Positions 56,526 through 64,000 of a stretch of 64,000 nucleotides of DNA are shown in pieces (within the stretch, counting starts at the first letter, position 1; every line of letters begins with the position of its first letter). The notes beneath the pieces were generated by a model. It searched no databases and was not told where the DNA came from. It was given only the letters and a program-made list of their open reading frames with translations. The DNA lies in assembly GCA_016934575.1 (NCBI GenBank), contig JAFGSN010000121.1, positions 37,309-101,308 on the forward strand, written 5' to 3'. Origin of the DNA: Vicinamibacteria bacterium (GTDB taxonomy: Bacteria; Acidobacteriota; Vicinamibacteria; Fen-336). The position numbers and the translations under genes are program-made.

Positions 56526-57893
56526 ATGAAACCGCGCGTTCTGTTGATCGACGATGATCCAGGCACCCTAGCATCACTCTCGCGTGCGTTTGCTCTTGAG
56601 GGTTACGTCGTCGACACGGCTTCAGCGGCGAGCCAGGCTTTCGAGCGGCTTGCCGCCGAGCCGGTCGAGGCGATTCTCTCGGACGTCGTCATGCCGGGCA
56701 TGAACGGACTCGAGTTTCTCGCGGAGATCCGACGCCGCGTGCCCGAAGTGCCGGTGATCCTGATGAGCGGTCAGGCGACGATCGAAATGGCCGTCCAGGC
56801 CACGCGGTTGGGCGCGCTCGATTTCGTCGAGAAGCCGGTCGGTCTTGAACGACTTCTGTTGACTCTTCGCAACGCCCTCCGACTCGACCGACTCGAGCGA
56901 GAGAACCGCGAGCTGCTTCATTATTGGCGAGACGAGTTGGCTCTCATCGGCGACAGCGCTCCGATGCTGGCTCTTCGCGCGCTCATCGAACGCGCCGCCC
57001 CTTCGGACGTCTCCATTCTGGTTCTCGGAGAGAACGGCACGGGAAAGGAGCTCGTGGCGCGCGCCATTCATGAATTGTCGTCGCGTCATGATCAGCCCTT
57101 CGTCAAGATGAACTGCGCCGCCGTTCCCGCCGACCTTATCGAAAGCGAGCTTTTTGGCCACGAGAAAGGCGCGTTCACGGGGGCGGTCGCTCAAAGGCGG
57201 GGTCGGTTCGATCAGGCCGACGGCGGAACCCTGTTCCTCGACGAAATCGGCGACATGTCCCTGGCCATGCAGTCCAAACTCTTGCGCGTGCTTGAGGACG
57301 GCGAAGTCCTGCGCGTCGGCGGCGCCAATCCGATACGCGTCGACATCCGTCTCATATCGGCGACGAATCGCGACCTCGGCAGGCTCCTCTCCGAGAATCG
57401 CTTCCGCGAGGATCTCTATTACCGCATCAGCACGCTCTCGATCCGGACGCCTCCTCTTCGCGAGCGACGCGAGGATCTTCCCGCGCTGGCGACTCACTTC
57501 ATACGCGGCGCCTGCCGGAGAAACCACTGGAAAGAGCCGCACCTCTCCCCGGAGGCCCTCGACATTCTCCGTGCCCAGCCGTACAAAGGCAACGTTCGCG
57601 AGCTCCGCAATCTCGTTGAGCGCCTTCTGATTCTGTCCGAAAGTGATCCCATCTCGACGGCCGATGTGCGCACGGCGCTGCCATCGCTCGCCACCTCTTC
57701 ACGAAGCGCCGTTCCCGGGGAGGGAACGCTCTATGATCTCACGCAGCATTACGAACGCGAAGTCATCAGAGAACGCCTACGACTCATGATGGGACATATC
57801 ACGAAGACGGCGCGTAGCCTCGGTCTCGAGAGAAGCCATCTCTATAAAAAATGCAGACAGCTCGGAATCGAAATGCGCGAGACCGGAGATTGA
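56526..57893 (+). CDS. sigma-54-dependent response regulator (NtrC family: REC + AAA+ + Fis-type HTH)
   Basis: REC domain with a phospho-acceptor Asp (ILSDVVMPGMNG). The sigma-54 interaction domain has Walker A (GENGTGKE), GAFTGA, Walker B (TLFLDEIGDM) and R-finger motifs. A C-terminal HTH is present. No adjacent histidine kinase was found. Confidence 0.85.
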   Translation: MKPRVLLIDDDPGTLASLSRAFALEGYVVDTASAASQAFERLAAEPVEAILSDVVMPGMNGLEFLAEIRRRVPEVPVILMSGQATIEMAVQATRLGALDFVEKPVGLERLLLTLRNALRLDRLERENRELLHYWRDELALIGDSAPMLALRALIERAAPSDVSILVLGENGTGKELVARAIHELSSRHDQPFVKMNCAAVPADLIESELFGHEKGAFTGAVAQRRGRFDQADGGTLFLDEIGDMSLAMQSKLLRVLEDGEVLRVGGANPIRVDIRLISATNRDLGRLLSENRFREDLYYRISTLSIRTPPLRERREDLPALATHFIRGACRRNHWKEPHLSPEALDILRAQPYKGNVRELRNLVERLLILSESDPISTADVRTALPSLATSSRSAVPGEGTLYDLTQHYEREVIRERLRLMMGHITKTARSLGLERSHLYKKCRQLGIEMRETGD

Positions 57894-57939
57894 GAACCAA
57901 TTCAAGTCCACCACATTATCCTTCAGCCGAGGTAAATCC

Positions 57940-58527
57940 ATGCGTCTAACAATACTCGCCGCGATATCGATCGCCATGCTTGCGGATGGAAGCGCAGCGT
58001 CCGAGGGCGATAGACTCGGCCTCAATATCGAGGCTGGCTCACGCACGTCCGTGGGCGTTACGTATCGAGCACATGAGAGGTTGGCATTACGTCCTTCGAT
58101 CACGTTCCAGTGGCTGCAAGCTGACAATGTTCCAACCTACATCGACCCCAATGAGGACTACCCCGTATTCAAGACAACAGAAAGAGTGCTTCAAGCGGGA
58201 ATCGGGGCGCTTTTTTATGCATTCCCCACAAACGACCATGGCATCCGCCCCTATATCGGCATCGATCTTTATCTGGGACATCAGAATCTACCGTATCAAA
58301 TAATGATCGATGGCGCCATCGTCTATCGCAATGGATCGCTTCATCAGATGTCCACACGAGGCTTTCTCGGTATGCAGCTCCCCCTTGTTCGGCGCATCTG
58401 TCTTTACGGAGAATTGGGAACCGAGTACTCGAAGCGAGAGCGTTTTGGGTACGGCGGAAAAAAGCTGGATATTCAGTATTTCGGCAGCTTCACATCCGGA
58501 ATTGGCGTCATCCTTTTTGTTTTCTAA
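57940..58527 (+). CDS. small outer-membrane beta-barrel protein (OmpW/OmpA-like 8-strand family)
   Basis: Signal peptide MRLTILAAISIAMLADGSAAS, alternating amphipathic beta-strands, and a C-terminal Phe. GC is lower (~48%). Confidence 0.55.
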   Translation: MRLTILAAISIAMLADGSAASEGDRLGLNIEAGSRTSVGVTYRAHERLALRPSITFQWLQADNVPTYIDPNEDYPVFKTTERVLQAGIGALFYAFPTNDHGIRPYIGIDLYLGHQNLPYQIMIDGAIVYRNGSLHQMSTRGFLGMQLPLVRRICLYGELGTEYSKRERFGYGGKKLDIQYFGSFTSGIGVILFVF

Positions 58528-58617
58528 AGTAGATTCTCTAAGATTAGTTCTATTTTCTACGCCTTAAAGTATGATTAATATTAACTTTATTCCGAAAAAC
58601 ATGATGTAAAGGTTGAG

Positions 58618-59463
58618 CTATTCTTCAAGTTTTTCTTGAGAAAGATTATCAATCACACTCTGTAGAATCCGAATGATCTCGCCTCGCTCAACCTCTGATT
58701 TACGAAAATGGACTGAAAGCCGGAATGATTTCTCCTGAGGTTGAAAATGAAACACATAGTTCTTGGGTCTGCCACGAGTAACGCCTTTTATCTGCTTCTT
58801 AATATGCCTGGCTTTCTCTCGTGTCAGCGGACCCTGTTGAAGTTGCTCGACGAGAGCGATCATTTCCTGTGGCGATTTCTGCCTAACAACCTGTAATAAC
58901 AACGACTTAGTCCGAATGTCGGCCAGCCGACATAGCTCTCTGACTTCATCCGGCATTCCGGAGATTGCCAGGGTCTCTGTAATCGACGTTCGGCTCTTAC
59001 CGATCTTTTCGGCAATCATCTCGTGGGTATAACCAAACCTGTCCGCAAGAGCCTTGAGTCCATCCGCCTCTTCAAACGGTTCGAGATCCTTCCTCTGAAG
59101 ATTCTCGACAAGAGCTAACTCCATCACTTCCGCGTCCGAGCTGGATCGTATAACGCACGGTATCTCGGCGAGGCTGGCATCAACGGCAGCGCGATAGCGT
59201 CTCTCGCCGGCAATGATCTGGTATCGACTACCGATTGGACGGACGATGATGGGCTCGATAACGCCCTTCTCCCGGATGGATTCTGTGAGCTCTGTAAGAT
59301 CTCCAAAACCTTGCCTGGGCTGTGTTGGATTGGGATCAATATCCTCAATGGGTAACAGTCGACCAATGGGATGTCCATTCGGGCGGGTTAATTGGTCGAC
59401 GAAGTGCAAATCGTGCCTCATTCTTTTGGCATCTGGTAAACCGATACGACGCGCGCTAGACAC
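58618..59463 (-). CDS. parB: chromosome partitioning protein ParB (Spo0J)
   Basis: ParB box (GVIEPIIVRP...YQIIAGERRYRAA) and an HTH. A GTG at 59463 gives MSSARRIGLPDAKRM..., a ParB-like N-terminus, with GAGGAGG 9 nt upstream and an 8-nt overlap with parA. The track ORF is over-extended to 59661. Confidence 0.8.
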   Translation of the reverse strand: MSSARRIGLPDAKRMRHDLHFVDQLTRPNGHPIGRLLPIEDIDPNPTQPRQGFGDLTELTESIREKGVIEPIIVRPIGSRYQIIAGERRYRAAVDASLAEIPCVIRSSSDAEVMELALVENLQRKDLEPFEEADGLKALADRFGYTHEMIAEKIGKSRTSITETLAISGMPDEVRELCRLADIRTKSLLLQVVRQKSPQEMIALVEQLQQGPLTREKARHIKKQIKGVTRGRPKNYVFHFQPQEKSFRLSVHFRKSEVERGEIIRILQSVIDNLSQEKLEE

Positions 59464-60217
59464 GTTCAATGACCTCCTCACAGAGGCGATAATACTCATA
59501 TGCACCACTCGACTGGGGTGCAAAGGTGAATATCGTTTCCCGATGTGCCGGACTCTCTTCGAGACGGATGCTCCGACTGATGATCGTTTCAAAAACACGA
59601 TCACCAAAGACATCGGCGATGGACTTCTGCACGTCACGAGACAACGTCGTACGCTTGTCATGCAACGTGATCAGCGCACCGAGAAGCTTGAGCTGCGGAT
59701 TGGGACGCGAACGGATTCTGTCAATCGTTTCAAGGAGATCGTCCGTACCTTCAAGCGCGAAGTAACTGGACTGAACGGGTATCAGGAGATGTGTCGCAGC
59801 CACGAGTGCATTCACGGTGATCAGGCCAAGGGCCGGCGGCGTGTCAATGATCACGAAATCGTACTGATCCTTAATGGACTCGAGACAATCCTTGAGTCGA
59901 AAATGGCCGTCGATTTCTCCAATGAGCTTGGCCTCGAGTTTGGCAAGCGATATCCTGGAAGGGGATAGATAAAGCTTGTCAATCGTTGTCGGGATGATGA
60001 TGCCGGAGAGAGGCATGCCATCCGCGAGCACCTCATACATCGTTCGATCGACAGCATGCGGCTCAACAAAGGTGATCGTCGAATTCGCCTGGGGATCCAG
60101 ATCGATGAGAAGGGTCCTCTGCCCGCGCATCCCCAAGGCGGCAGCGAGGTTGATCGCTGTCGTGGTCTTACCCACGCCTCCCTTCTGATTGGCGATGGCG
60201 ATGATTATCAAGGACAC
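59456..60217 (-). CDS. parA: chromosome partitioning ATPase ParA (Soj)
   Basis: Deviant Walker A motif IAIANQKGGVGKTTTAINLAAAL in a 253-aa ORF. Confidence 0.88.
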   Translation of the reverse strand: MSLIIIAIANQKGGVGKTTTAINLAAALGMRGQRTLLIDLDPQANSTITFVEPHAVDRTMYEVLADGMPLSGIIIPTTIDKLYLSPSRISLAKLEAKLIGEIDGHFRLKDCLESIKDQYDFVIIDTPPALGLITVNALVAATHLLIPVQSSYFALEGTDDLLETIDRIRSRPNPQLKLLGALITLHDKRTTLSRDVQKSIADVFGDRVFETIISRSIRLEESPAHRETIFTFAPQSSGAYEYYRLCEEVIERV

Positions 60218-60292
60218 CTCACTAGGCTCGGATTGTAAAGCAGGCGCATCATATGAAAGCTAAGAACCAACGTCAAGGGAAACAGGACGAAC

Positions 60293-60778
60293 TTACATCT
60301 TGTATTTTCCGAGATCCTCATCCGAAAGATTTTCAAGCCATCGGCGTAATCGACTCATTTCATCGACGTCTTTGGAGTTTTCCGCGCTTTTCGCGCCGTC
60401 GATCACCGATTCTTCGACAAAAATAGGCGAACTCGTTCGCAGCGCCAGGGCAATCGCATCCGAGGGACGAGCATCAATCGATTTCGATTTCCCTCGGACA
60501 TTGAGAATGATCACGGCGAAAAAGGTGTTGTCGCGCAGATCACATACAGTGATTCGTTCCACATTGGCTTCCAGATCAGCGATGACGTTCTTCAGTAAAT
60601 CATGCGTCATCGGTCGAGGAGTCTGAATATTTTCAATCTGGAGAGCAATGGCGTTCGCTTCGAAAACTCCAACCCATATCGGAAGCACTCTCTTTCCTTC
60701 AGTGTCCCGTAGAACGATAATCGGCATATTTGTAATGGGATCAATCATCAATCCCTTGATCGTCATTTCGATCGCCAT
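60293..60778 (-). CDS. bifunctional nuclease (BFN/DUF151) family protein
   Basis: DUF151 signature (PIIVLRDTEGKRVLPIWVGVFEANAIAL...RPMTHDL) in a 161-aa ORF. Confidence 0.6.
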   Translation of the reverse strand: MAIEMTIKGLMIDPITNMPIIVLRDTEGKRVLPIWVGVFEANAIALQIENIQTPRPMTHDLLKNVIADLEANVERITVCDLRDNTFFAVIILNVRGKSKSIDARPSDAIALALRTSSPIFVEESVIDGAKSAENSKDVDEMSRLRRWLENLSDEDLGKYKM

Positions 60779-60830
60779 TCAATACTCCTCATGACTGACG
60801 TCAGAAATATAGGTCGCAGAAAGAAACGTG

Positions 60831-62165
60831 TCAATGCGGTGCAACGCCTTCCACCCAACGACCCGTCAGAGAATTTGCACCAGCGTCAACAATCTCAACA
60901 CTCACGGTCTTCCCGATGAAAGATTCTGTTCCGTGGAAGTGAACGATCCTGAGATGTTTAGTTCGGCCGCAGAGTTGACCCTTCGAATTCACCTGATCGA
61001 CCAGCACAGATTCTTGTGTTCCGATGAACTCTCGATGACGCGCCCGTTGACAAGCTTGCTGCCATCCGTTCAACTCGTTCAGACGACGGCGTTTGGTCGT
61101 CAAAGGCACATCGTCATTAAAGGTTTGCGCCAGTGTCCCCGGCCGAGATGAGTAGAGAAAACTGAAAAGACCATCAAATCTCACTTCATTCAATAACCGC
61201 ATTGTCTCACTGAAATCGTCTTCTGTCTCTCCAGGATACCCGACGATGATATCGCTGGTCACTGCGATGTCCGGCACAATTCGTCTCAAAAGCGCGACTT
61301 TCTCGATGTAATCCTTGGAGGTATAACCTCGCCGCATAGATTTCAAGATTCTATCCGATCCGGACTGAACAGGCAGGTGGATCTGTGGACAGATGTTGGC
61401 ATGATCCCGCATGACTTCTGCCAGCTTCGTCGTGATATGAGTTGGATGATTCGACGTGAATCGTAATCGTCTCAGCTTTGGTATTGCCGCCACATGATCA
61501 AGAAGATCCGCGAGGTCTTTCTTTCCCCAGCGATATGCATTCACCATTTGGCCCAGGAACATGACCTCCTGAAAGCCTCGACGGATGAGTTGCTCAACTT
61601 CGGCGACGATTTCATTGTAAGGACGGCATCGTTCAGGCCCTCTCGTTCTCGGAACGACACAGTAGCTACAAACATGACTGCATCCTTCCATCACGGTTAC
61701 ATATGCCCGCACGGTGCTCGTGTGCGCAATGAGAGACGGCGGCATGCTGAAGAGATCTCGATCGTATCGCGACACGTCGACGATCTTCTCTCCCGTCTCG
61801 CCACCAAGTCTCTTCAATACATCGGGAATTCGATGAATACAGTGCGTCCCAATCACCGCGTCAATCTGAGGCGCGCGATCGAGCAGACTCCGGCCATGAA
61901 GCTGCGCCACGCATCCTCCGACAATGATGTTCATTCCCGGATGGTTGGTCTTTGATAGTCGTAAGCGACCAAGAAGAGAGAAGAGCTTTTTCTCTGCCTT
62001 TTCACGTACAGCGCATGTATGGATCAATACGAGATCGGACTGGTTGCGACTTGACGCAGGGACCAGGCCAGCGTGGCGCAATAAACCTGCCGACCGCTCC
62101 GAATCATTGACATTCATCTGGCATCCGAACGTATCAATCCAATATGTTGAAAATCCTTTTTTCAT
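60831..62165 (-). CDS. miaB: tRNA-i6A37 methylthiotransferase MiaB (radical SAM MTTase)
   Basis: N-terminal MTTase domain (YWIDTFGCQMNVNDSE), the radical-SAM motif CSHVCSYCVVP, and a C-terminal TRAM domain. Confidence 0.75.
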   Translation of the reverse strand: MKKGFSTYWIDTFGCQMNVNDSERSAGLLRHAGLVPASSRNQSDLVLIHTCAVREKAEKKLFSLLGRLRLSKTNHPGMNIIVGGCVAQLHGRSLLDRAPQIDAVIGTHCIHRIPDVLKRLGGETGEKIVDVSRYDRDLFSMPPSLIAHTSTVRAYVTVMEGCSHVCSYCVVPRTRGPERCRPYNEIVAEVEQLIRRGFQEVMFLGQMVNAYRWGKKDLADLLDHVAAIPKLRRLRFTSNHPTHITTKLAEVMRDHANICPQIHLPVQSGSDRILKSMRRGYTSKDYIEKVALLRRIVPDIAVTSDIIVGYPGETEDDFSETMRLLNEVRFDGLFSFLYSSRPGTLAQTFNDDVPLTTKRRRLNELNGWQQACQRARHREFIGTQESVLVDQVNSKGQLCGRTKHLRIVHFHGTESFIGKTVSVEIVDAGANSLTGRWVEGVAPH

Positions 62166-62181
62166 AATGAATTAACCTTGA

Positions 62182-63864
62182 TCAATTCATGTTTTTTCTA
62201 AGCATTGCGACAGCATGTCGATACGCTGTTTCTGATACGCTCTCTCCTCCCAGCATTCGAGCAATCTCTTGGACGCGGTCATCCCCATTCAGAGCCTGAA
62301 TCTTCGTAACCGTCCGTGTTCCATCTGTTTTTTTGATCACGGTGAAATGATGATCGGCCATTGCCGCGATCTGCGGCAGATGCGTGACGCAGAGAACCTG
62401 ATGACGTCGTGAAATGTTTTTCAGCTTCTTGCCCACGACCTCGGCCATTCGGCCGCCGATGCCCGCGTCGACCTCGTCGAAGACCAACGTACGATCCGAC
62501 GATTCGACGTCAGCCACCGATTTGAGCGCAAGCATGATGCGGGACAACTCCCCTCCAGACGCGATGCGTGCCAACGAACGAATATCCTCTCCTGGATTCG
62601 GCGAGATCATGAACTCGAGGCTCTCAAGTCCACACTCCCCTGTCTGCCATAACGAGGGGTCTCCCGGCAGATCTTCCGGATTGAAACGAATTTCAAAGAG
62701 CGTTTTTTCCATGGCCAGAGAAGCCAACTCGGTCCGAACCCGGCGCGAGAGATCCCGCGCCGCATCACGGCGAGCGCGCGATAGCTTCAAGGCGAGATCA
62801 CGATACTCGACTCCGGTCTTCTCGCGCTCGTCTTCCAGCGTCTTCTCCCTTTCTTCGGGAGAAGCCAGATCCGTCAGCTCGTCGCGACAACGACCGGCGA
62901 AAGCGATCACTTCCGCGACCGAGGCGCCGTACTTGCGCTTGAGTCGATCGAGGAGAGCCAAGCGACGCTCGACCTCTTCCAGACGCGCCGGACTCGCGTT
63001 CACGTTCTGTTTGTAGTCGCGAAGAAAGAGCGCCAGTTCCTCGAGATGCGCCTGCACAGACGGACGAGCTTCGGCAAACTGCGCGAATCGCGGATCGATC
63101 GTCGCCAGCTCATCGACGCGGCGAAAAACCCGGACCAGGCGTGAAAGCGCCGCCGACTCGTCGTCGTAGAGCATCTCATACGCCTCCTCCGCAAGTCCGG
63201 CCAGACGCTCGGCGTTGGCGAGCAGGCTCTTTTCCCTGAGCAGGACTTCATCCTCGCCCGGATCAAGACGAGAGCGCTCGATCTCATCGAGTTGAAACTG
63301 CAGGCTCTCCCGTCGGCGTTCGATCTCGCGTCGGTCTTGTCGCCATTCCTCGAGATTCGTTTCTGCGACACGCCAGCGTCGGTGACGATCCCTGACTTCG
63401 CCGGCCAAATCGCTCAAGCCCGCGAAGGCATCCAAGAGCTCCCGTTGCGTCTGAACGTCAAGCAGTCCCTGCGGCTCATGTTGACCGTGAATCGTCGCGA
63501 TGTTCGGCGCCAGCTCCTTGAGAAGCGAGATCGGCACCAGGGCGCCGTTGATGCTGGCTCTGCCCTTTCCGTTCGCCAGGATCTCTCGCCGAACGATGAC
63601 CTCATCGCCTTCCAGCGGCAAGCCATGCTGATCGAGAAAGGAACGAATCGAAGATGCATCAACGATCGCTTCGACAGACGCCATATCCGTTCCTGTGCGA
63701 ATCAGATCAACGGAACCTCGCGTCCCAATGATCAAACCCAGAGCGTCGATAAGAATGGACTTGCCGGCTCCGGTCTCCCCGGTTAAAAGAGTGAGTCCAT
63801 CGCCGAGTTCGATCTCGATGATCGGCATCAAAGCAATGTTCTTTATTTTCAGATACTTGATCAT
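62182..63864 (-). CDS. recN: DNA repair protein RecN
   Basis: N-terminal Walker A (LTLLTGETGAGKSILIDAL), a long coiled-coil, and a C-terminal SMC signature/Walker B region (GGELSRIMLAL...LVFDEVDAGIGG). Confidence 0.85.
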   Translation of the reverse strand: MIKYLKIKNIALMPIIEIELGDGLTLLTGETGAGKSILIDALGLIIGTRGSVDLIRTGTDMASVEAIVDASSIRSFLDQHGLPLEGDEVIVRREILANGKGRASINGALVPISLLKELAPNIATIHGQHEPQGLLDVQTQRELLDAFAGLSDLAGEVRDRHRRWRVAETNLEEWRQDRREIERRRESLQFQLDEIERSRLDPGEDEVLLREKSLLANAERLAGLAEEAYEMLYDDESAALSRLVRVFRRVDELATIDPRFAQFAEARPSVQAHLEELALFLRDYKQNVNASPARLEEVERRLALLDRLKRKYGASVAEVIAFAGRCRDELTDLASPEEREKTLEDEREKTGVEYRDLALKLSRARRDAARDLSRRVRTELASLAMEKTLFEIRFNPEDLPGDPSLWQTGECGLESLEFMISPNPGEDIRSLARIASGGELSRIMLALKSVADVESSDRTLVFDEVDAGIGGRMAEVVGKKLKNISRRHQVLCVTHLPQIAAMADHHFTVIKKTDGTRTVTKIQALNGDDRVQEIARMLGGESVSETAYRHAVAMLRKNMN

Positions 63865-64000
63865 CTTGCTTTAGAGTGAAGTTTGAGGATACCATATTGA
63901 CGATGGCGTTGTGTATTCATAAGCTTGCCCATCGAATAGTGATCGCGAGAATTGACACCCCCTACATGTTGTGGGATGCTTCGTCACGATAACGGTTTGA

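Noticed and set aside
57894-57939. Expected sigma-54 -24/-12 promoter upstream of the OMP gene downstream of the EBP
   Set aside because: No TGGCAC-N5-TTGC match is present in the 46-bp upstream region.

Overview
High-GC (~64-66%) bacterial chromosomal segment. It is probably from a Gram-negative, Acidobacteria-like organism: LPS genes lptE and waaA, an OPT transporter, sigma-54 machinery and a full bacillithiol pathway are present. Coding density is high and about 55 genes are supported. Most are housekeeping genes organised in long operons.

Minus-strand operons: nadC-birA-coaX-hyp-rlmD-comEC, psd-pssA, xerD-murJ, and dnaE-accA-leuS-lptE-holA. Plus-strand operons: thrC followed by a cystathionine gamma-synthase/beta-lyase family PLP gene (metB-like), gap-pgk-tpiA, and bshC-bshA-bshB-iscA-yjbQ. 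The 3' end carries parA-parB, a bifunctional-nuclease gene, miaB and recN. I found no rRNA, tRNA, CRISPR array, IS element or prophage.

The six-frame ORF track shows many long Arg/Gly-rich ORFs that are antisense or out of frame to real genes. These are typical of high-GC DNA and I do not count them as genes. The track also hides three things: a window-edge-truncated comEC with a GTG start, rpsT with a TTG start, and true starts lying inside over-extended ORFs.

Accessory or less ordinary content, in order of interest:
1. A large polytopic membrane protein translationally coupled to a SAM methyltransferase that carries three tandem Ig-like repeats.
2. A divergent c-di-GMP pair: an MshEN-type receptor-domain protein opposite a degenerate-GGDEF/EAL phosphodiesterase.
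3. An ECF sigma / anti-sigma / secreted TPR triad.
4. A peptide-uptake island (OPT transporter, secreted C69 dipeptidase, methyltransferase, PepD).
5. A complete contiguous bacillithiol operon.
6. A long structured metH leader next to a low-GC orphan-ORF spacer.
7. A downshift in GC (to ~50-52%) over the last ~6 kb of core genes.
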